Shown: positions 43,642-55,065 of the stretch, piece by piece
Numbering within the stretch: position 1 is the first letter of the stretch
Layout of the letters: each line of letters starts with the position of its first letter
Assembly (NCBI RefSeq): GCF_963676685.1
Contig: NC_092351.1
Span: 25,978,001-26,042,000 of the forward strand
Direction: 5' to 3'
DNA: 64,000 nt
DNA from: Mytilus edulis
Taxonomy: Eukaryota
Made by a program: the position numbers and the translations under genes
Notes under the pieces: model-generated
What the model saw: only the letters and a program-made list of their open reading frames with translations
Told to the model about the DNA's origin: nothing
Database searches by the model: none

Positions 43642-46600
43642 ATTTCGGAGCAGCAAGGGCACCATAGATTCAGTGTATAGACCCACTGGCGTGTATATAT
43701 ACCCTAGCACTCATTAGCCTTGCACCAGCTATGGGTCAAATTGTGATTGGATTTTTGAATCAAAGGCTATGGAAGTTAATCCAGACATAAACTCCGGTTG
43801 ATGGAACTCGTCAGCAACAGCAATCGTCTAAGGGATGGCAACCCTTACAGAAAAGCTGCCGGTCCTCCGGGCCCAGGAGGTTAAGCGTAGAGTTAATCAC
43901 CCTGCCTTGGAAAAAAATCTTGATTACAGAAACGACTACAATAGGCACTACTTTTTCTCGTCACAGACTGGAGAAAGAACATGCTTTAACCGAAAACAGC
44001 AGATGACGCGAAGGCCGATGGAGCTACAAGCAAACTAACTACTAGAATAGGCACATGGAATGTAAGAACACTTTACCAAAGTGGTAAATGTGCACAAGTA
44101 ACAACAGAGATGGATAGATACAAGATTGAAATTATAGGACTGAGCGAAGTAAGATGGAACACATTAGGTATGAAAAATTTGAATACAGCCCACACAATCA
44201 TATATTCTGGAATCACCAAACAAAATGACCCACATGAAAAGGAAGTTGGATTTCTTATAACAAAAAGATCTAAGACAGCCTTGCTGGAGTGGAATCCCAT
44301 CTCACCAAGAATTATCACAGCACGCTTCAACTCACGTTTCCAAAAAAAAACACCCTGATACAAATATACGCCCCTACTAATAGTGCAGAAGACTGTAAAA
44401 AGGAAGACTTCTACCATTCATTACAAACAACCATAGAAAAGTGCCAAACAGAGACCTGTTGGTACTCATGTGTGACCTAAATGCCAAGGTTGGATCGGAA
44501 AGAAAGGGATGGGAGTGAGAGAAACTGGTCCTATTGGGATAGGAAAAATGAATGAAAACGGCGAACTATTTGCAGACTTCTGTGCTACCAACAACCTTGT
44601 TATAGGAGGAACACTCTTCAAACAAAAGAATTGCCATAAGGTAACCTGGGTTAACCCAGAAGGAAATGCAGAAAACCAAATAGACCACATGACCATTTCC
44701 TAGAGATGGAGGTCTTCACTGCAAGATGTAAGGGCAAAAAAGAGGAGCAGATGCAGCATCAGACCATCATCTATTTATAGGGTCAATAAAGATGAAACTT
44801 TTAGCCCAAAAAAGAACAGTTGTCAAAAGAAGAAAGTTTAACGTTGGTAAGCTTTAAATACCAAACATAAGAGAAGAATTCCAAATATCTCTTTAAAACC
44901 GATTTTCAGCTATAAGTGACCTGCAAATAGAGAACAACAATATTAATGACACATGGGAGCAGGCAAAAAATGTAATCATAGAAACATGCGAGGAAACATT
45001 AGGATACATGCAGTATAAACGCAAAAAATGGATGTCAGATGATACATGGGTTAAGGTTGAAGAAAGAGAAAAAAAAAGGTAAATGTCACCTTAAGACAAC
45101 AGAAAAGACAAACACAAGATCTTTATAGAGAGAAAGACAAAGAAGTAAAGAAGAACTGTAAACATGACAAAAGAAACTATGTTGAACAACTAGCGCAAGA
45201 AGCAGAAAATGCCTGTAGCAAAGGAGACATAAAATCTCTCTACAACACAACTCGACAACTTAATGGTAGAAGATCCCACTCAAATGCTACAGTTAAAGAT
45301 AAAAGGCAATGTGATTACACAAATTGAAGAACAATTAAAACGATGGAAAGAACATTTTGAAGAAGTGCTAAACAGACCCCCTGCAACAAACCCACCTAAC
45401 ATCGAAGGGAGACAGGTCCTAAATATCAAGACAGGAAATATAACCAAAACAAAAGTAAATGCTGCAATAAAACAACTGAATAATGAAAAAGCAGCCGGGA
45501 TCGACAATATACCCCCTGAAGCTATTAAGGCAATGGATAACATCTGTTTTGATAAACTTCACCAACTACTTAACAAAATATGGAATGACGAACATATACC
45601 TGAAGACTGGCGTAAAGAAATACTCGTTAAACTACAAAAGAAAGGCGACAAATCCATCTGTAGCAACTGAAGAGGCATTATTTTGCTTTCCATTCCTAGC
45701 AAAGTCCAAAGTCACATCATCCTACAAAGATTAAAGAAAGAAGTTGATAAATTGCTGAGAGATGAACAGGCCGGTTTCAGACAAGATAGATCATGCATTG
45801 ACCAAATTGCCACATTAAGAATCATCATTGAGCAAACCATTGAATGGCAGACATCCCTATACTTAACATATGTGGATTTTGAAAGGGCTTTTGATAGTAT
45901 ATAACCATGAAGTACATTATTAGGCATTATGGAATACATGTCAAAATAATATCCGTCATCCAACAGCTCTATGACGGTTTTACTTGTCAAGTGAGCCATG
46001 CAGAGACCCTGACAAATCCATTTCCTGTAACAACTGATGTGAGGCAAGGATGGTTCTCTCCCCTCTCTTATTTCTGATGGGTATATACTGGGTGAATAAG
46101 TAAGACAAGTAAGACTGTACATAAATGCAAATAGGACAAAATCTATGAGAGTAAACGCGAACCACCTTAACAAAACCAAAATGAGAGATGCCGAAATTGA
46201 AGATGTCCGAGAATTTACATATCTTGGAAGTGTAATCAGTACACCAGAAGGGACAGATAAACATCCAATCTAGAAAATGAAAAGCACAACAAGCCTTTGC
46301 AATCCTTAAACCAGTCTGGAGGAGCATAGCACTCAGAAAAAATACCAAAATCAGGATCTTCAACTGCAATGTAAAATCTATACTTCTCTTTGGTTCAGAA
46401 ACTTGGAAATTAACAGCTGCGTCTACCAAAACAATACAAGTTTTCATGAACAAGTGTCTTAGAAACATCATAGGAATCAAGTCGCCTAACACCATTAGCA
46501 ACAAAGAACTATGGAAAAGGACTAAACAGGAACCAATAGAAAGAACAATTACGACACGTAGATGGAAATGGCTTGAACACACGTTACGTAAAACAACACT

Positions 46601-46812
46601 AATGTAACTAGACAGGCACTAGATTGGAATCCGCAGGGTCATCGTAAAAGAGGGCGACCAAAATCCACCTGGCGCAGAGATCTTACATCTAATCTACAGA
46701 AATTTGGGAAAACATGGACAGAAGCAAAGAAAATAGTCAAAGACAGGGAAAGATTGAAAGCTACTGTTGTCGCCCTATGTCCTCCATGGGACGAAGTGGA
46801 TTGTCAAGTAAG
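43524..46812 (+). mobile_element. Decayed near-full-length RTE-clade LINE
   Basis: RIGTWNVRTL, IIGLSEVRW, YAPTN, DLNAKVG, NENGE, NQIDH, SDHH endonuclease; KKGD..CSN.RGI.LL, EQAGFR, DFERAFDSI RT; RRWKWLEHTLRK, WNPQGHRKRGRPK C-terminus; many stops and frameshifts. Confidence 0.93.
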
Positions 46813-46872
46813 CCAAAGATAGGTAAATATGGCATATAAACTCATCATAGATACTAGGATCAAAATTGTGTA

Positions 46873-46916
46873 CACCAGACGTGCGTTTCGTCTACAAAAA
46901 ATACTCATCAGTTACC
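46873..46916 (-). ncRNA. Degenerate hammerhead ribozyme copy
   Basis: Minus strand ggtaaCTGATGAgtattttttgtagacGAAAcgcacGTCtggtg; stems I and II weakened. Confidence 0.55.
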
Positions 46917-47229
46917 ATTGTAAAACAAGTATGGTAAGTGTTCAAAGGTACAAACAGTTTAATTCTGATTTGTATCCTCGAAACCACAGCCTCAATCAAA
47001 TCCTTTTCTACCTTTTGTGAATATTTCTCTTGTGGTTTACTGTTGTATTGCTGTAAATTAATCAGAGGAGGGTTTCGTTGAGAGGTTTACATGTTCTTTA
47101 TTTTTATTATATCATTTATTTATGTATTTCTCTGTTTACGTGTTCTAGCGTTTATTTGTACTGTATTCCTGTCACGTAATGTTTTCTTTTTATTGGATTT
47201 GTTTTCGCTTTATCGATTAATGACTTTTG

Positions 47230-47760
47230 TACAGCATAGTACTACTGTTGTCCATTTTCTGGCATAATACTTGCCTGAATCCCTTAGTATCATTCAAAGT
47301 TGTGATTCCAGTTTATAGATATTACACGACCCGCAGTATTTTGACCCTCGGACAACCGACACCACGTATTTTACATAGAAGATCCAAGTGTTGTTTATTA
47401 CATCCTGGCCACCATTTATAACTCGACCAACCTGGATTATTTATGAGGTGGGAACTTGCACAGGTGCAATTATTAATCAGAGGTTTAGACTTAAAATCGC
47501 CGATGAGATTCCGCACCACGTGTTTGTAAAATTTTATTTGCAATAAGGGTGGTATATGGAAAAGCAAAGGAACATACAATGTCTACAACAAAAACAGTTA
47601 AATTCATGTTTATCAAAAGGACACGCTATGAAATTTCTATTTGAAAACATGAGTTGCATAAAAAGCACGGAATTCGTAACCTATAGAGACACACCTCATA
47701 CAAAATGCCCGCTTAGACATTCATGCAATATAATTTGTATTTCTCCAGAAACAGTAAGTA
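47230..47760 (-). mobile_element. Penelope-like element fragment
   Basis: DFKSKP..CTCASS..I.NP segment; paralogous to 52090-52620. Confidence 0.6.
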
Positions 47761-48859
47761 ATATTTTATGTATAGCTCGGTCACTGATTACATATTGATT
47801 TTCTTATGGGTGCACGAGTACAATAAAAGTATATTTAGAGTTGAAAATTCACCGAAGTCATTACACATCAAACTCGAAAGGATTCATGGAATTGATAAAA
47901 AGAAATAATATGACAACTCAGATAGAGAAGAACATCCTGCAAATCTTCAGAAACCGTAGATTTTGCCATTGTTGTCCGTCTCTTAGCGAAGGTTAAAATA
48001 GACAAGGTGTCAAGAAGAAGGAATTGAGACACCAAGACTGAATCACGTTTTTATGAGATCCTCCGTGGAGATCTAGAGAAAGATGACACTTTGTCTTTAG
48101 CTTCCAGGAGCCGTGAGAGAGTTTTTCTAGATGTCCAGGAATCTCTTTTAATGATGGCAGTGTTGGTATGAGTTACATCATAGATGAAGTTGCTACTTAC
48201 TCACAAGAAGTTTAAGCATCTGTAAAGCACTCTCACCGAATCTCTCAGATCAGGATTTGCTATTCAAAGGATGAACTCATAACTTCTGTATGTGCCCATC
48301 CAAAACAAAAACATAAAAGTTATTCGAAAACTGTTACAAATCAAACATTTAAGAAAGTCGCCGAATGGGTAAAAACTCAAGCTAAAGAATCGTACTGTAA
48401 GTTAGGGAACACACAACACTAAAACCAATAGTTCTTTTTGTAGACTAGTAAGACAGTAGACTGGAACCATCTAGGAAAGGAAGTGGTCAATGCCGAAAGT
48501 CAAATAAGCGCATTCAACCAACGAATAAAAAAAGTCAAAATTGGTTTCTTCTACGTACTTCAATATACAGACACATTTGTATTTTTAAAAAGGGTTAATG
48601 AAATCAGAGATACTAGTATCTAATGCAAGCTTATCATGACTATATGTCTCAAACGCAGAACTTTCACGTCAGTCTCTACGTCTCTAATATAGTTAAATCA
48701 TTTTAAATGATCATAAATGATGGGGGCGTAATTTAAAACCTCTTTCGGAATACTATCATTAATATTAACTTAATCAATATAGATATAATTAAGTTAAGTT
48801 CATTTCTTTGCATCTTCAAGACTTGTAATGGCTAAACTTTGTGAGATTTATAAATATAA

Positions 48860-49870
48860 ATAAAGGCAACAGTAGTATACCGCTGTTCAAAACCCATAAA
48901 TCCACGGACAAAAAACAAAATCGGGGTAACAAACCAAAACCGAGGGAAACGCATCAAATACAAGAGGAGAACAACGACACAACACTAAAATGTAACATAC
49001 ACAGAAACGGACTAAGCACTAGACAAAATCCTATGAGAACAACAAATATAACATCAAAGTCAAATACATGAATTTGAGATAGATAAGTACCGTGACACGT
49101 CTCAATGTGAATTTACACTCAAAAATAAGAGAAAACAAAAAAAAGTAAAATCACAAAAAACGACACAACGGAAACAGAACGTTAAAATGTAACACCCACA
49201 GAAACGAACTATTATATAACAATGGCCATATTCCTGACTTTGTACAGGACATTTTTAAAGGAGAAAAATGGTGGGTTAAACCTGGCCATGTGAAATATAA
49301 CATTAAAATGACAAAACAACATTACAGGACTACAATATAAATAAATAGGTGAACGCAATTGACAAAGAAATACACGAATAATAGCTAACAAAAGGCAACA
49401 ATTTTAAAATTTTAATACGCCAGAAGTTGCATTTTGTCCACACAAGACTTACTAGTGACGCCCAGATACAAAAGTTTGAAAGCCGAAACAAGTACAAAGT
49501 TGAACAGCATCGAGGACCAACAGTTCAAAAAAGTTGTGCCAAAAACGGCCAGGGTTTTCTGTTAGGTACCAGAATATTCCTATTATATAGAATAATTTAT
49601 ACTTTTGCAAAAAGTAAATTTTATAAAATGACTATAAAAAAGATATATGATAAAACTGAAGTATTAACTAACTACAGGAAACAACCGAAATACATTACAT
49701 AACCAGACAAAATGCATCACAAAATATAGACACATCCGAATAAGTTAAAACCTCAACGCCAAGTGACGTCATATTTGAAATTGTAAAAAAATGACAAAAA
49801 AATGACGTCACATTTGAATTTGTAAAACAAATTATCAAAAATGAAAAATGACGTCACATTTGAATGAATA
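48860..49870 (-). repeat. Repeat tract containing a diverged copy of the hammerhead-bearing family
   Basis: 49416-49463 reads gggcgtcactagtaagtcttgtgtggacaaaatgcaacttctggcgt on minus (decayed core); flanks match 50165-50405; three TGACGTCA motifs at ~49763-49855. Confidence 0.55.
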
Positions 49871-50324
49871 ACGGAACAGAAGATACCAGGCGGACATTTA
49901 AAAATCTTAAATCACGGGAAAACAACGAAAAGACAGACAAAGTCCACAGACATCACACAGTAAAACTGGTGTGTGAGAAGGGAAACCAAATACTCCTTCC
50001 CTAGTAGCATCCGTCTTGTTGTCTAATGACAAATAAACATTCTTTGATACGTTTTTCTCATTATTTACCAGTCACGGAAAGGAAAAGTGGACGGTAATGT
50101 AGCCACAATAATGAGAACATACCTGCGATCATCTGTGAAACATACATATTTATATTTATAAATTAATTGTTTACAAAACTTTTGAATTTTTGAAATACTA
50201 AGGCTTTCCTACATCACGAACAGATTACTTTGACTGTATTTGGCAAAACTTTTAGGAATTTTGGTTCTCATTGCTCTGCAACTTCGTACTTTATTTGGCC
50301 TTTTTAACTTTTTTGGATTCGAGA

Positions 50325-50364
50325 GTCACTGATGAGTCTTTTGTAGACGAAACGCACGTCTGGC
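50325..50364 (+). ncRNA. Minimal type I hammerhead ribozyme within a ~240-bp repeat (50165-50405)
   Basis: gtca-CTGATGA-gtct tttgt agac-GAAA-c gcac GTC-tggc: intact core, stem II GUCU/AGAC, very short stem III, stem I GUCA/UGGC. Confidence 0.8.
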
Positions 50365-50484
50365 GTAAATACAAAATTTAATCCTGGTATCTATGATGAG
50401 TTTATATACGTTAACATATCATTATGACGTCCGTAGATATTTTGAAAAAACAACTCCAACTTTACCTTTATTTAGGAACCCTTG

Positions 50485-51500
50485 TGTCGACTGCTTCGCA
50501 ATATCTTCATCGTTGCGTATCCTTAATGGCAGAACAATGGGTGCACACACTTGCTTCCAACCTTTAGGAAGTAGTGTTGTCGATTATTTTTTAGCATCTG
50601 AGGAACTCTTACCAAATTTCACATATTTTCACACTCATAATTTTTTACCTGAATTCTCAGATCATTGTCAGATCTCATGCATGTTAAAATGCAACACAAA
50701 AATTTATGAAAGAAACTTAAATCTAGCTTTAATGCCAGATAAATATATATGGGATGATAAATCAGTCTCAGCATTTCAAGATGCCATAAATTCAAATGAA
50801 ATCAAAAAATTTATTAGACAGTATAAAGATAAAATTTATGACCAAGATTCAATTAATAATGCCGCAGAAGATTTAAATCAGATTTATCACTAAAGAAAAT
50901 TATTAGAAAACCAAAAAAAAGCAAGAAGAAGAAAATTAAAAAGAAAAGAGAATGGCAAGATCAAGATATAATAAATTTAAAACAAAACTTATATCGAAAA
51001 TACAAATTAATGCAAAATCATAACACAGATCCTTATGTACGAGGGGCCTTTTTTAAATGCCTGAAATCGTATCGAAAACAAAGAAGAGCAAAAATAAGAA
51101 AATTCAAACAAGACATCATGAATATACTCGATAATTTATATGATCAAAATCCCAAAGCCTATTGGCAACTACTAGATAAAATTAAAAATATCTCAAATAA
51201 TAGTCAAAACAAATCTGAGAATACTATCGACCCATCTGAATGGCAAGAATACTTTCAAAAATTAAATAAGAATGAACAATATAGTGATGATTTGATTAAA
51301 AAGAAATTTGAATCATTTCATAATGAAAATGTTTTTAATAAACTTCACTACTTAATAACACCTGAGGAAGTAGAAAAACAATAAAAAGTCTTAAGAATTC
51401 CAAATCGAGTGGATTCAGCATGATCTCGAATGAAATGATAAAATATAGCCAAAACATTTGTATCCCTCTAATACAAAAACTCTTTAATTTAGTATTTTCA
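50485..51500 (+). mobile_element. Internal fragment of an APE-type LINE (endonuclease C-terminus to start of RT)
   Basis: LRILNGR...GSSVVDY...SDHCQI; then LKNSKSSG..ISNEMIK...KLFNLVF, cut off by the adjacent PLE fragment. Confidence 0.85.
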
Positions 51501-51905
51501 AGAAGTTCCTGTATAGAGTCAGCCCCATAATAAAAAAGAAACAAGTCGGCAAGAAGAGGGGCACAATTCGTTCCCATTAGAATGCCGATAGTCTGTTGAA
51601 AAACACGCCCTCCAAACGTAACAAATATGTTGTCAATCAAGAAATCAAACATCTTGATAACGTCAGTTTCAGGGAATTTTTTGTTTGAATCGGAGTGGTC
51701 CTTTACAAAGTAGGATGTATCCCTCCCTAAGACTAGATACTTGTATATACTTTGGTCATTCTTTTTTATGAAACAAAGTAATACCAACTCTTTCAATTTG
51801 TCTTTTAGTTTGGAATGTGGAATACTTGTGTAAAGCGAAGAAAAGTCAAATGTTTTAATACTACTACAAGATGAAAGAGAGTGTGTACTCTAAAAGATCT
51901 TTGGA
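51500..51905 (-). mobile_element. Penelope-like element RT core fragment
   Basis: FLIDNIFVTFGGRVFQQTIGILMGTNCAPLLADLFLFYY, characteristic PLE RT. Confidence 0.9.
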
Positions 51906-52089
51906 ATTTAAATGTCCTGTCCCAAGTCAGGAATATGGCAGTTATTATCAAATAGTCCGTTTCTTTGTATATTGACATTTGTTTTTGGTAACAGTTCAGT
52001 GTTTCTTTTAGTCCGTTGCTTTCCTCTTATAATTGTCATGTTTCCCTCGGTTTTGGTTTGTGACCCGGATTTATTTTTTCATAATCGAC

Positions 52090-52620
52090 TTATGACAATT
52101 AAACAGCTGTATACTACTGTTGCCTTTATTTGTGCATTTTCTGGCATAATACTTGACTGAATCCGTTAGTGTCATTTAAAACTGTGTTTCCAGTGTACCG
52201 ACGGTATTTCGATTCTCTGTGAACACACACAACACATTTCACATAGGAATGCTGTTTTAATATGTTCAGGTCCCCATTATAACTCGGCCAACATGAATTA
52301 TTTATGAGTGGGGAACATGCACGAGTACAATCAAAAGGTTTAGACTTAAAATCGTCAATGAGATCATGCACCACGTGTTGTCGTTAAAATTTTAGTCGTA
52401 ATAGGTGTAGTATATGGAATAAAAAGGGAAAATATAACGACTACGACAAAAGCAGTAATGTTTATGAAAAGGACATTTCATAAAATTTCCCTTTGAATAA
52501 ATATGACGTAATATTGTATAAAGAGCGTTGAATTCGTAACCCCACAGAGATAAACCTCTAAAAAGCTGCCTGCTTTATACATTCATTCAAAGAAATCTTC
52601 ATAAATAGTTCTGTCACGGA
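52090..52620 (-). mobile_element. Penelope-like element fragment (paralog of 47230-47760)
   Basis: DDFKSKPFDCTRACSPLINN...GDLNI; nucleotide similarity to 47230-47760. Confidence 0.6.
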
Positions 52621-52809
52621 CTTCATATTGCGTTACTTGTAGTGTTATATGAGCACGAGAAAGAAAAAAAGTATAATTAGATCTGGACACTAGCCGAATG
52701 CATACAAATCGACACTTGAACGGATTTTCATATGACAGATTGAGCTTAACGTTTATTAAAATGTATCGCAGGCTAAAAACCTCATCCTTGCAACTCCTCT
52801 CCGTAGACA

Positions 52810-53300
52810 GAAGGAAGACTACTGGATTCGGCAGTTGGGTACTGCGAGACCATATTGTTGCAATGACAAAATTGATGTTAACGGTATTCTTTCAAGTCCT
52901 TGCTGCAGCTCGGTGAATGTGATGAATATTTTCAATTCTATTCCTCGACGTAGAATCGGTCATGACCAACGTAATTATATATCACATAATCTCCATGATG
53001 TCTCAATAAATGACCTTGTGTCATTTATACAAAAGCCGTTAGGTATTCATCAAATTTGCACGAATCTTTATTCATTACCCCTTTCTAACCTTTCTCTGTA
53101 CCACTGTTACCAACCTTATTCGAACCAATACAAACTTACAGCTTTCATTTCGGATATTGCAAGTCACAGACTTTAAACCTGTTTGCAATGGAAAAGATGT
53201 AAAGGAGAACAGATACTTTCTCAAATGGTGAAGTTGAAATCATCCCTTTGTAAATTTTAGGGACGCCATCACGAGTTGAGCTACGTGATATCCGATTCTA
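52810..53300 (+). mobile_element. Penelope-like element fragments (N-terminal region joined to C-terminal piece)
   Basis: YCCNDKIDVNGILSSP...DIASHRL, then LKSSLCKF.GRHHEL. Confidence 0.6.
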
Positions 53301-53919
53301 ATATGACGTGCTTCTTTCGCTTTGTAATCAACACCGTGCTAAAATTCTCGATATATCTATACTTAGCGCAGACTCCAAGATGTACATAAATGGCTGTTTA
53401 AATATGCCTCCCACGTAAATCCACATGTATCGTAACCTATGTGTAAACGATTGTGGATTTCGCTGTGTCAACAATTACAATTGTATAAAAACCCTACAGA
53501 ACATTTATTCTGATTCTGACGCATAACAAAAAGAATTTACACATTTAGAGAACGGAAAATGGACAAAAACAAAATAAATTAAAATTCCGCGAAATTCCAG
53601 TAATGATTTTGGCACATTAACGTCATTTCAAAACATGACGTCATACGAATGAAAACGTCAAAGCTGAAGGTTTTTCTATTGCGTTTACCTTCTAAACTCG
53701 AATACAATTGCATTAAAATAAAGTATTGAGGTAGGTGTTGCTTGTTTTCTGTTCTATTGCATTATTCGCACATTTACTAATTTCAGCAAGTCAACATGGC
53801 GGCTCCTTGGTTACAATATTTAACAGTAGCTTACGATAAAAAAATGTAAATTTAAAATTGCAAATGTTGGGTTTACTGAGAAGTAAAAAAAGTAATCACA
53901 TTTTTTTTCTAGCGGTTAG

Positions 53920-54337
53920 TTAAGAAATCATTCATGCAAGTTTATTAGATTTGTTTTACATTTATCGAACAGTGGGTAAAATAGAACAGCCACACACACG
54001 GTATACCCATCATCGCTTCAGTTTTTTAATGATCGTATTTGTCCTATTAGAATCGAAATAATTCATGGAAGCCATAGATTTGTTGTAAATTTACACATGG
54101 CCTGGGCCGTGATATTCGTTAATTTTATCCCTCGCTAACGCTCAGGATAAAATTCGAATATCACGGCCCAGGCCATGTGTAAATTTCCAACAAATCTATG
54201 TAAATTTACACATGGCCTGGGCCGTGATATTCGTTAATTTTATCCCTCGCTAACGCTCAGGATAAAATTCGAATATCACGGCCCAGGCCATGTGTAAATT
54301 TCCAACAAATCTATGGCTTCCATGAATTATTTCTTAA
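53920..54337. mobile_element. TTAA-bounded foldback element with a tandemly duplicated 115-bp hairpin
   Basis: ttaagaaatcattcatg ... catgaattatttcttaa termini; identical units 54085-54199 and 54200-54314, each a ~40-bp-arm palindrome. Confidence 0.85.
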
Positions 54338-55065
54338 TTCACAGATGATTCTCAGATCTGCAGTGACATCACAACATGTAACTGACCAATCGATGATTAG
54401 CATTTTTGTTATGTAAACAATGTTGATAGGTGATGCGGATAAGATTCCTCTAGATTTTCCATAGACTTATTGCAAATTAATTTAATTGATATATATCATA
54501 ACCAGTTGAATATAGTAATTTTACTCTTGTAATACTGTTAAAGACACTATATACTATCTCCATTTTGATTTTGAACATACTATAACCTCTGGTTAAAAAA
54601 TAATCGGCAATATAAATAATCAGTTATCCCCTTCAAATAGATGAAAAATCTAGAGGATTCCGGATTTCATCACCTCCTGACAAATGTGAATGCCAGGATG
54701 TCCGGATCTGAGAATATATCGAGTATTTTTTTAATGTCGTAACTACAATCCCATTCCCTTTCAACGAATGTGTCCTACCAAATTAGACTATTTAGGTTTA
54801 ATACCACCATTGATTTTCCCCTAATAGTCTTTGTTAAATTTGCAAGTCGAATTCAAGGGAATATATTTTTAAACCTATTTTCGTATGCAACCGGATGTGA
54901 CATTCTATGATTTGTTGGTATTACACCTTTATCGGGTTTGTAATAACATAAACAGCACGAAATGTGCCACATGTGGAACAGGATTTGCTTACCCTTCCGG
55001 ATCACCTGAGATTCAAACCTGGTATCTATGGTTAGTTTATTTTTCTTATACCTATACCAAATTAA

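Noticed and set aside
45712-46582. Long minus-strand ORFs (155 and 200 aa)
   Set aside because: Antisense to the RTE reverse transcriptase region.
49763-49855. Three TGACGTCA (CRE) sites in 100 bp
   Set aside because: They sit in short tandem units within a repeat tract, 13 kb from any identified promoter; no support for function.
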